The notes under the pieces: generated by a model | Told to the model about the DNA's origin: nothing | Database searches by the model: none | Seen by the model: only the letters and a program-made list of their open reading frames with translations | Part shown: positions 36,464 through 48,400 of the stretch, piece after piece | Position numbering within the stretch: position 1 is the stretch's first letter | How the letters are laid out: the number at the start of each line of letters is the position of its first letter | Source: Macrostomum lignano | Lineage: Eukaryota | Length of the DNA: 64,000 nucleotides | Direction: 5' to 3' | NCBI GenBank assembly: GCA_002269645.1 | Contig: NIVC01001448.1 | Location: 1-64,000 of the forward strand | Program-made: the position numbers and the translations under genes

Positions 36464-39400
36464 ATGCAATTCCTTATTAAACTTACTGTGCTTCTCATTG
36501 TTGTGAAAGCGGTTTGTGCAGTTCAGTGCATCTATTTTCCCCGAGAATTTATTTCTTACTCGACAATCAGCAATGACACCATCGCCGAAAATGAATGTAA
36601 ATCTATGAACCCCAACTCTACCGCACTTTGGAATGAGTTCGTAAAGTCACAAGTTAACTTTCTCACCCTGCAACAATGTTTAATTTTTGATGGCACTGAA
36701 TTAAAAACTACTTCGAACGACTGCATTGCTAAAATAGTTACGACATTTCAACCCTTGTTCAACAATCCTCTTTGTCGTGAAGCTGTTGGAAGAGATTCTT
36801 CAATGGCTTGTATTTTTGATTCTCTTGATCCTTGTTTAACTGGTGAAAGAGCTGGTCCTAAAGGGAACATTTTATCTTTGCTTTGCAAGCTTAAATTACA
36901 AGGACAAGAGTGGTTAAAAGGACTAAAGGGATCACTGAAATTAATGGGACTTGATGTTAAGTATCTGCATTACTATACAGCTGGGTAAGTACTTTTGTTA
37001 TTACAATTGATTACTGGCCTAATATAAATATTATCAAGCTTTATATTATGTTTTTTAAATGCTAGCCAAAATATTTTTTAATTTTTAGAAGATAGTTGTT
37101 ATTATTGTTATGTCAATCATATAAATAGCAAAATGTTTATTTTACAATTTTTATATAAGATACTATCTAGGCCTAAACCATATTCTGGATCATGCTAGGT
37201 ACCATAGTCCAGATCATGGCAGGCGTATGCTGGAATGATAATTCATGTTTATTTCAATTTAATTCCAGTGTAAAATTTATAAGAAATTACACCAAGACTA
37301 GGGGTTGGACAAGATCTCGATCTCAAGATCCAAGATCTTGGGGTTTTGTCAAATCTCAATCTCAACTTCACAATCTCGAAAAAAATGTCAAGATTCGAGA
37401 TAAAAATTAAATGTTCAAAAAAACATTTTGATCTATATTAGAAGCATGTAGTATCATATCATAGAGCCTGATGGTGTCAATGTCAATATTTTGTTTAAAT
37501 TTTGCATGCTACGAAGAATGTATAGTTTATATATAGCTGCATGGCATATAGATGCCAATGCAATGGTCATGGCTTGCATTAGAGAATGCGTGCTGTTTTG
37601 AACAATATATTTATTATTTTCATTTTATTTGTAATGTAATGCATTTCTGCTTCAAACAATTAATGTTCTAGCAATTCATTGGCTACTTGAAGTTGACGTC
37701 CAAGATCAACACTCAACACATATTAAACATTTGCCAACACTTATTCAGACACTTTTATAGACACTTTAGTTTCTGTCGTACGAATCATAGAAACAAGCAT
37801 TAAATTTGTTTATTCCTAACAAACTATTAGTAAACTGCTTTATTTTAAGCTTTTTTGCTTTATTTTATTAAATATGAATCATGAAATTTGTTATTCTATA
37901 TAGATAAGATTCTCTTTACGTGAAGAAGAATTTTAAATTTGTCCAGGACACTTCCTAATTCATATTTAATAAAATAAAGCAAAAAAAGCTTAAAATAAAG
38001 CAGTTTACTGGTAGTTTGTGAGGAATAAACAAATTTAATGCTTGTTCCTACGATTCGTATGACAGAAACTAAAGTGTTTGTAGAAGTGTCTAAATAAGTG
38101 TCGGCAAATGTTTCATACCTTACTCAACATGTGACATTGATGGTTTCTTTTGTCTCGCTAGTTTGTCAGTTAGGTACCTTGTATCCACATGGGAATATTT
38201 AATGTGTAATCTGGTTATTTCAATGAGTTGTATTTTTGTTTGCTAATGATGGTTAGCAATACTTTGTTTTACTAGGTTGGCAAAATTTTATTTAACATTT
38301 TGAATTCTGTGCCTTCGGAGATGGTTCTTGGGATCCCGGGAGCTTGTCTAATAGACCTACCACTAGTAGCAGATTTAGAGGATTTACTTTATTTCACATA
38401 TTAAATATTTTTTGTTGTTCCACTATGTCTCGAATCTCAATCGAATCTCGAATATCTCAAAGAGGCCAATCTCGAAAATCTCGAAAATTCAATATCGTCC
38501 GACCCCTAACCAAGACTAAAATTGTTTATATGCCATTTTTAATAAATATATACTTTTAGCAATTCAAAACTTTTACTAAACTTTAGAAAGACTCCAAGAT
38601 AGAATTCTTGCACAAGCCTACTTGTGCGCCCTAAAAGAAGGTATGTGCATGCTCCATCATATATGCTTGCAAAGAAGCTGTTTGCCACAGAATAGTCAGA
38701 TAGGATTTGACTTTTACATGCATTCAACATAGTTATATACCATGTAGTATATGTGCGCTTAAGTCCTACTTTTCATAGTCCAGAAGGTTGTTTTTATGCT
38801 GGAAAATTTTTAACAGAAGTAAAACAAAGAATAATATTTTTTAGCAAAAACAGTTACTTTAAAGTTCAGTAAAACTCTTATAATTTTTAAAGAATATTTC
38901 CTCTAAAAATTAGTATTCAAGCTACTTTACACTTAAAGTACAACTTTCTAATTTATGTCAGCATAAAAATTGAAAACCTAGAAATTTCATTTTTTAGCGC
39001 ATAGACCTGCTATGATCTACATTATGACTTTTTTAAAGTGCACATTTTCCTACTTCTAAGGAAGAATTCTATCTTGGGAAAGGCCATCTTTTGCTAATAA
39101 TTGATATTCTTTATTTTAATTTTGATTTTTTCATGATTTAATATTTTAAATTTTAATTTCTGATTATTTAAAAAAAAAGCTTTCAACATTGGTTGATATT
39201 CAACTACACAATTATATTAGCCTTGAACTTGGCTATTTTTTGTATGCCGACTGTGTACACTTCATGTTGAACCTGAAAATTCTATATATCTAATGTATAT
39301 CAAGATTGTTAGTGAAAGCAAAAATATGCTGGAAAATTCTGGCATAAAATGCACATGGCAATTTTTAATTTATGGTCATGTGGAAAAACTTTTAAATTAT

Positions 39401-42400
39401 TAGATGGTAATCCATAGTCAAGATCATGGTAAATATATTATAGAAATAGAATGAGAATTCATTTTTTGCATGTTTTTGCCAGTATAAAATTTAGAAGTTA
39501 TTCAAAATGCAAAGTTGTTCATATGCCAATTTTTAGAAAGTACATTTTTTAGAAATATGAGTTTTAATAAAAATAAATATTAAAATAGCTGTGTTTGCTA
39601 AAAATTGATATTCTTTGTTTTAATTTTGTTTTTCTCATAAGTTATAATGTTTTCTATTTTAGTTTCTAATTATGTTTTAAAAAGCTTTTGTTGGTTGCTA
39701 TTTAATTATACAATTATATTAGCTTTAAACTTGGCTTTTTATATACCAAGTGTATGCTAAGATTGTTATCAAAAACAAAAATATATTGAAATTTTCTAGC
39801 TTAATGCCACCTTCTAGACTATAAGTGATAATTAACAATTGTCTAAAGTAAGCCACTATTAGAAGTTATTATTGTTTCAATGTATTTATTAATAATATAT
39901 TTCTTTATTTTTTAATTAACTTTTTAAAATTTATAGTGCAAGTTAGTTATTTCATTAAGATAATATTTGTCTTATATATTAAGTTAAAAAATAACCATCT
40001 TATCATTTATACAGTTACTAAAACAATAACAACTGCCTTTGTTTTAAGTGTTGCATACATGCGCAACCTTGGGAATTACTCGGCCATTTCTATTGGCAAC
40101 ATACACATGTAAGTCGCTATTGGCTAAGAGCAATCCTATATACTAAAAATGAGTTGTTTGTTTGTACGCAATCGATTAGAGAAAAAATGGCTGGACCGAT
40201 TTTCTTCAAACTTGCACTGTTCGATCAGAAATTTTCCTGGGACGGTACATGCATCTTGGCTAAGAAATTGCTCCATGTTAAAGCGATTAAATATTCGAAA
40301 AACATGCTTTTTTGCAAAGGTCAAGCAAACTTTTCGACTTGAAATGCATTGTAAGAATGCTAGAGAAAAAACTGACAGGTTGAATTCTGATTCTGAAATG
40401 GATTACATCATAACTGAATTGTAACTCCGACTTGAATTGCGTCACAGTATTAAAAATGCAGTGTGGAAGCGTAGCACCAGACTTGATTTAGATTGCGCAA
40501 CAATATTGTTAACTGATACTGACTGACTGAGAAATTGATTATGTAATAACTGCCTCGTGTGATTTACTCTATGCTTGGAGTTTTGAAACTTATAATTATA
40601 AGTGCTGAATTCATGTTATCAAAACGATGAGAGCTAGCCTAGAGGTAAACAGACTGAACTGCTAAATGCAGAAACGATGGTTCGAATTTTTAGAGAGTAG
40701 AGTTTTTTTAATTAAAGCTCTTTAATGCCAATAAAACTAAAAAAATCATAAAAGCGTCATGTAAAAAATCATAGAAGCGTCATGTAAAAAATCGTGGAAG
40801 TGTCATGTAAAAAATCGTGGAAGCATCATGTAAAAAGCATAAAAGCGTCATGTAAAAAATCATAGAAGCGTCATGTAAACAATCATAGAAGCGTCATGCA
40901 AACAATCATAGAAGCGTCATGTAAACAATCATAGAAGCGTCATGTAAACAATCATAGAAGCATCGTGTAAACAATCATAGAAGCATCATGTAAACAATCA
41001 TAGAAGCGTCATGTAAACAATCATAGAAGCGTCATGTAAACAATCATAGAAGCGTCATGTAAACAATCATAAAAGCATCGTGTAAACAATCATAGAAGCG
41101 TCATGTAAAATATCGTAAGAGCGTAATATAAAAATCATAGAAGAGTCATTTAAAAAATCATAGAGGCGTCATATAAAAATCAAAAAAACGTCATGTAAAA
41201 AATCATAGAAGCGTCATGTAAAAATCATAGAGGTGTCATGTAAAATGAGTTGTTTGTTTGTACGCAATCGATTAGAGAAAAAATGGCTGGACCGATTTTC
41301 TTCGAACTTGCACTGTTCGATCAGAAATTTTCCTGGGACGGTACAGCCATGCAAACAGCCATGTAAATTAAAGTTTTTTTAATTAAAGCTCTTTAACGCC
41401 AATAAAACTAAAAAAATCATAAAAGCATCATGTAAAAAATCATAGAAGCGTCATGTAAAAAATCGTGGAAGTGTCATGTAAAAAATCGTGGAAGCATCAT
41501 GTAAAAAGCATAGAAGCGTCATGTAAAAAATCATAGAAGCGTCATGTAAACAATCATAGAAGCGTCATGCAAACAATCATAAAAGCGTCATGTAAACAAT
41601 CATAGAAGCGTCATGTAAACAATCATAGAAGCATCGTGTAAACAATCATAGAAGCGTCATGTAAACAATCATAGAAGCGTCATGCAAACAAGCATAGAAG
41701 CGTCATGTAAACAATCATAGAAGCGTCATGTAAACAATCATAAAAGCATCGTGTAAACAATCATAGAAGCGTCATGTAAAATATCGTAAGAGCGTAATAT
41801 AAAAATCATAGAAGCGTCATTTAAAAAATCATAGAGGCGTCATATAAAAATCAAAAAAACGTCATGTAAAAAATCATAGAAGCGTCATGTAAAAATCATA
41901 GAGGTGTCATGTAAAAATCATTGAAGCGTCCTGCAGAAATCGTAGAAGCGTCATGAAATAATCATAGAAGCGTCATGTAAAAAATCATAGAAGCGTCATG
42001 TAAAAAATCTTAGAAGCGTCATGTAAAAAATCATAGAAGCATCGTGTAAACATAATAGAAGCGTCATGTAAAAAATCATAGAAGCGTCATATAAACAATC
42101 ATAGAAGGGCCATGTAAACAATCATAGAAGCGCCATATAAAAATCATAGAAGAGTCATGTAAAAAATCATAGAAGCGTCATGTAAACAATCATAGAAGCG
42201 TCATGTAAAAAATCATAGAAGCGTCATTTTAAAAATCATAGAAGCGTCATATAAACAATCATAGAAGCGTCATGTAAACAATCATAGAAGCGTCATGAAA
42301 AAATCATAGAAGCGTCATGTTAAAATCATAGAAGCGTCATGAAAAAATCATAGAAGCGTCATTTAAAAACTAATGAAAGTGTCATTTAAAAAATTAAGAA

Positions 42401-45400
42401 GCATCATAGTAGAATAAAAGAAGCGTCATGTCAGACATGAAAGGTGTCATGGAAAAATTAAATGCAGCTATAATGCTGTGCTGGGGAGAAAAACTGAGAC
42501 GTCAAGGCTCTCAGAGAATAACTGAGATTACGGGGGGGTTTCTGAGATGTCAAAGCAAAAGTCAGAAGCTAATTCAAAGTTCATGTACTTTACTCAATTT
42601 TTTTTATTGCATTCTTTGTTGGCTCGCCACAGGAGGCGCTGATAGAAGAAGAGTCATGTAAAAAATAAAAGTAGCACTATATATACATAAAAGAAAAGTC
42701 ATGTCGAAGTTAAAAGATTCATTTGGGAATTGCTACGATATCAAAGCTAGGTGGAAATCGTTATAGTGCTGTGATTCTTAAAGAAGGAATCACTAAAATG
42801 TCAAGGCTTAGGGGAGAAGAATTGCTGAGATTTCAAGGCTTTATGTTGGGTTAAAGTTAGGTTTAGGTCAGGTGTGGGTTGAGGGTTATATTTTATCGAG
42901 TTTCAAGGTTAGCAGGGGATTTTTCAGATTTCAAGGTTTATGGGCGCCATCGCTGACATGTTAAGGCTTACGGGGGGAATAGCTGAGATGTCAAGGCTCA
43001 CGGGGTATAAATGAGATTTCAAGGCTAAAGTCAGAAGCTACATGTAGTTTATTGAAAACTTTTTATTACATTATTTGATGCCTCCTCAGGGGAGGGATCG
43101 CTGATTAAAAAAGCGTAATGTAAAAAATAAAAGAAGCTTCATGTCGAAGTTAAGATATTCATTTGGGAATCCCTACAATGTCGAGGCTTGCAGGGAATCG
43201 CTATAATGCTGTAGTAGTGCTATAATTACTCTTAGAGAGAATTACTGAAATTTCAATGCTTTAGGGTTAGGTTAGGGTTAGGGTTAGAAGGTTGACAGAT
43301 ATTTTTAGATTTCCAAGGCTTATTGGGGGCATGGCTGAGATGTCAAGGGGGAAGTTGATATGTTAAAGCTTGTGGGGGGGAATTACTGACATGTCAAGGC
43401 TTACAAGGTTTGATAGGAGATTTTTTAAGATTTCAAGGATACATGTAGCTTATTAAAAAAACATGTATTGCATTTCTTTGGCTCCCCAACGGGGGGCGTA
43501 GATTGCTAGTCACGCGACTACTATTCTATCCAATAGCAACTTATATTGTGTGTGTTTCCAATAGAAATGGCCAGGTGAATCCCTAGTTTGCGCCCAAGCA
43601 TAAAGTGTTGACTATTAAAAGAACTATCTTTTAAAAAATTTATTTGAAAAAACCAACAAATATTTATGGTGCCACTTTTTTTCTAGGAAAAGTCTAAAAA
43701 CTTCATTTTTTAAATAGCTTATTCATATAACTGATCTAATATTTATCTAAAATTAAACAATGCTTACTTCTTGTATTCTATCTATTCAAGTGTGTATATA
43801 TAAAAAACTTAAAATTAACCTAACACAACAAACAATATTACTAGCCCTATCATTTGCCAATCGTAATATAAACCTATTGGTCCTATTAGGAATTGAAAAG
43901 AATTATGTTTCAGTATTTTTTATCATTGTACAATCATGCTTGGGCATAACCTAGGGATTCACCCGGCCATTCTATTGGCAACACACACATGTAAGTCGCT
44001 ATTGGATGGAATAGTAGTCATGTGACTGCTCTCAGCCAATAGCAACTTACATGTATATGTTGCCAATAGAAATGGCCAAGTTATTCCCAAGGTTGCGCAT
44101 GTATGTGTATAATATAGTCTATTCCTTAGGCATTTATGATTATTTTAGCTTTAAAAATATTATTTTGTCTTAAATAATGCCTTTTAAAATAAGTTATTCT
44201 TTTTAATTGGATTTTATATATTTTTAAAATATATAATAAAGTGCAACTATAGTTGTAGGGGTTCACAGCTTTTTAATTATCTTAAAGCTAATACCAAATT
44301 TATAGTGCTAGGTCTATTTCAATCTTGCTATTAAGCTAAAAATTGTTAAACTATTAGAAATTAGAGGATTTCTTGGAATTAAAAAAAGCTTTTTATTTAT
44401 AAACAGCTTTAGCAAATATACTTCATTGACACTCTGATAGTGTTTAGTGCCTAAGTGATAATATATTATTTAAATAAACTATTTTATTCTAATCTAGATA
44501 GGGTTTTGCAATGGATCAGAGTTGCCTATAAAATGAGGTACATATTACTCCTAAGAAAAAAATCTATTGTCTAATTGGACATCTAATGGAAAAGCCAAAA
44601 TGCCTAGGGAATAGGCAAGATGGCTCAAAGGCATAAATGGTAGAACATACATGCTAACAAAAGAAATCTTTTTCTTATAATTTTTGCTTTATTACTATTA
44701 TTACTAATATATTTTATAATTCTTTTTTTCTTTTGTAATAATTTTCATTTAGCATATTTAAATTGTTTCTTGACTAGGCACAATAAAGCCAACCTATTTA
44801 TTAAAATTGACTTTTATGTATAAGTTTTAAATCTACTAATGCCAATGGCTTTGTATTTTATAAATACATTTTAAAACTAATGTAAAACTTTCTAACTTAA
44901 GTTTTAGAATCCAAAACTTTTCAAAAAGTCATTTTTATAAAAAAAACAATGACAATTAATTTTTTCAATAAAGGCTAGATAAACATTTTAAAAAGTTTTA
45001 TCCTTATAACAAAGTATTTTTGTTTCTTTCTATTTTTATGCTTTTTATGTAACTATACTGCTGAGCTATTGATTTATAAAAAATATGTTTTATTAGAATT
45101 TACCTTCTAAAGGCATCTTGGCAAAGTCCTTTAGAAAACAAAAATTTTAGAAGGATTTTCTATAAATCTATAACTTTGCAACATTAAGTAAAAATGCAAA
45201 TATGGACTAGAAGATAAAAGTTAAAAAATGCTTAAATATGTTTAAGTATATGTCTAGCTTTAATTTGTAAAAATAACTGTTTTTTATTATCCTTTTCCTA
45301 AAGAAGTTAGACTTTGTATAGTTTATTTTGCTGGTATTAGTCAAATACACTTGCTATTAGTATCTTTAATTAAATAATGAGTCACAATCTTGTCATTGTA

Positions 45401-48400
45401 TAGCTAGCAGTCCTTATCCCAATGCTAATAAAAAATTTTTATCATTTTTAGCTAATACTCCTATCTCACTTTAAGTCCCAAAAGCTTTGTAACTATTTAT
45501 CTACTATTTAGTCTTATGACAAGCTTATTTAACTGGCAAAAGGGTAAGACTATTGGCAAAATAGTGATAAGGTTATTTGACTCATTGATTAGCAGTCTAT
45601 TTCTCTAGGTTTTTATGTTTTATAGATGCTATGACATCTTAAATTTTACCTCAATATCTTTTAGCCACTTTATATATATATACTTAAGTCTTATATTCAT
45701 AAAATAAAAAAAATAATAAGGCATCCTTTGTTGATTTTCATTTTTTCAATTTGTTTAAATAAACTAGTTCATCAATTGATATCTATATAAAAAATACATT
45801 CATTTCAATAATGATAGCTATTACAAAAAAAACAATTTTTTATTTGTTCATTCATTTTAAGCTAAATTGCATATATAATTAAAGCAGGTTAGATTGCTTG
45901 TAGATATTAAATTATAGAATATATATATATATATGGTGATATTAAACATACAATAGATAAAAAACTTTCTGACCAATAAAACTATCAGATCAAATTCAAT
46001 ATTGTATCACCAAAATTATAGCATATTTTGTTAATTGCTAAAACACTAATAATTGGTAGCTCACATGGATTAAATAAACTTTAAGGTTCTATTTTTAATT
46101 ATATGTAGAAAAATTAAGGTAACATATACCATATATAAGATATTATCTGATCAAAGCCATTGAATTGCATGATCTTATTCCCTATAACTAGCTTATGTCT
46201 ACTATTTGCTTATTTAATAGATCTTATTCATTTATTGTACTAGAACAATGTCTAGGACTGTATTTAACTTACTTTACCCTATCCTCCCATCACATCAATA
46301 ATTTCATGGTGTTTTAAGTCTCATTTAGTGAGTGACCAATATTCCTAGTTAAGGGAACTATACAATATGGGAAATATACATGTCCATAACCCAGTCTGTA
46401 TTTGTATGCTCTGTATAAAGTCGCCATGTCATAATATGTAATTATATATCCTGTTTCTAGTCAATGTTAGAAATCTTATAACGTTTTATCCCCAACAAAC
46501 TTGCAATTTTAACAGACGCTACAGTGATGTTCACTCGCTACGTAACAGCGATAGCAATCGACTTAATCAAGACACGGTGGATTTTATTGGCGATCTGATG
46601 TGCTCAAAAACTCCGGATGGGAATTGCTGCTCAGAACCGTCTGGCTGTAATTTGCCTAAGAATTTAAATCAGACGTCATTCTTTGCTCAGATTGGAGCTA
46701 AAGAGATGATGGACGCGTATGCTACTGATGGCTATCTGCAGCAGTACTTGACTTCGCTGTCTGGATTCTATGGTGTACAGCATCCGGCTAGCGAGAATGA
46801 TGGAGCAGCGCTTGGTATGGCTAGTCACCGCAGAGCTGATAACGAGTCTTGGGTGAGCCATCCGATTCTGACTAAGTGTACCTGTTAAAGGGAGGGTGGG
46901 GTTTCTGACCTACAAATGTCTACATATACAACAAGGACTAAACTTTAAGAATGAAGAAAAACAGGTTTTGGCGAAAAAATACTTTACGGTGATAGGAGAC
47001 AGGCGAAAAATGTTCAATTTTTATATGCCTTGCCTTTCTTATAGATCTATAGATATTTTTGTTTTTGTATGGTAATTTTTGTATGAGTTGAGTTGTGCCG
47101 CTATGATTTTTAGACACAGGAAATGTATGCTCAAGCAACATTGAAAGTCGCCAGTATAGGGCGCCAGTGAGCAATTTCTCTTGGACTATTCTGCAATAAA
47201 AGATACGAGAAAACTGATTCGGGGTAGCTTTAATCCGTCCAATCTTCTGTGATGCCGACTTTTCAATGTTGCTGAGTATACCTAGGATATTAAATTATAA
47301 ACATATAATTGTAATTAATAGAGCTATAAGAAACGTAGTTCCCCGTCCTACGATGACTCATAAATGCTAAGAATCTTCCCTTCATCCGCAGCCAAACAGC
47401 AGTGCTATTGTGGCTGCCACAGTTGGCGCCATGGCCTTCGCCTGTCTGGCTCTCCTGGCCTGCCTGTTAGGCATCTGCTATTCTCATCGGCGCAGATTGA
47501 AACTGCAGCAGAGCCAACGGCTGGACCAGTCGGACTCTTTATTGAAGTCGTCCGGCTCTTCGTCACCTTCGCCGCCACCTCAGCATCAGCAGAAGCAACA
47601 TCATCAACAGCCAGCTTCATCATCAGCCTCCGGTTCGTCATTCGCTTTCGGTCAGCATCGCCAGAAGTTGGATTCAACTGGCGCAGTTGAAAAACTTCTA
47701 ACTGCTTCGAATTCTTCCAATTCGTCATCTGCTGTTGCTTTTGTCTGTCCGGCTCCTAATGTTAGCCAGCAGCAGCAGAAGATGCTGGCTGTGCCTAATA
47801 ATCGTTCGCGTAGTAGCGCCGGCGGTGGCAGCTCCAGTACCGGTGTCTGTAATGGCGACTCTCTGCCATCGACTCAGCAGCAGCAGCAGCAACCGAATCA
47901 GAATACCAGTGGTGTTGATACCGCTCCGGTGTTTGATCATTCTCAGACTGGCAGCGGATCCGGTCTGCCAATATTGTTGCCTAGGACTGTTGCTAGGGAG
48001 ATTGAACATCGCGAGTTAATTGGTCAGGGGCGGTTTGGTCAGGTTTGTGCTTTTTGTTTGTTTGTTTGTTGTTTGCGGCTCTGGGGAACGCCCTAATGAA
48101 TCACTCCACTAGTCAGATAAATCAGTCATTGAGACCCTGATCCACATAAATCATTAACGGAAATTTCAGCAATCACTAAATGACCACTCATAAAGCACTC
48201 TATAGCCACATATCTAGCACTGCATGACCACTTATCAAGCACTCCATGATCACTCGTCAGCGAATCCATGACCACTCCTCAGCCAATCCATGACCACTCC
48301 TCAAGCACTCTTTGACCACTCATCAAGCACTCCATGACCACTCATCAAGCACTCCATGACCACTCATCAAGCACTCCATGACCACTCATCAAGCAACCCA

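Larger units (their letters stand above)
40054..43600. mobile_element. Palindromic ~165-bp MITE split by the Helitron insertion (halves 40054-40133 and 43510-43600)
   Basis: Rejoining the halves (..ctaagagcaA^Tcacgcgactactattc..) reconstitutes the reverse complement of the intact copy at 43938-44105. Confidence 0.75.

Noticed and set aside
43261-43287. TTAGGG tract as a chromosome end or fusion scar
   Set aside because: Only about four imperfect units, lying inside a Helitron; too short to support.
46886-47232. TTAA-flanked segment as a Kolobok/piggyBac-type element
   Set aside because: The two ends do not form matching TIRs.
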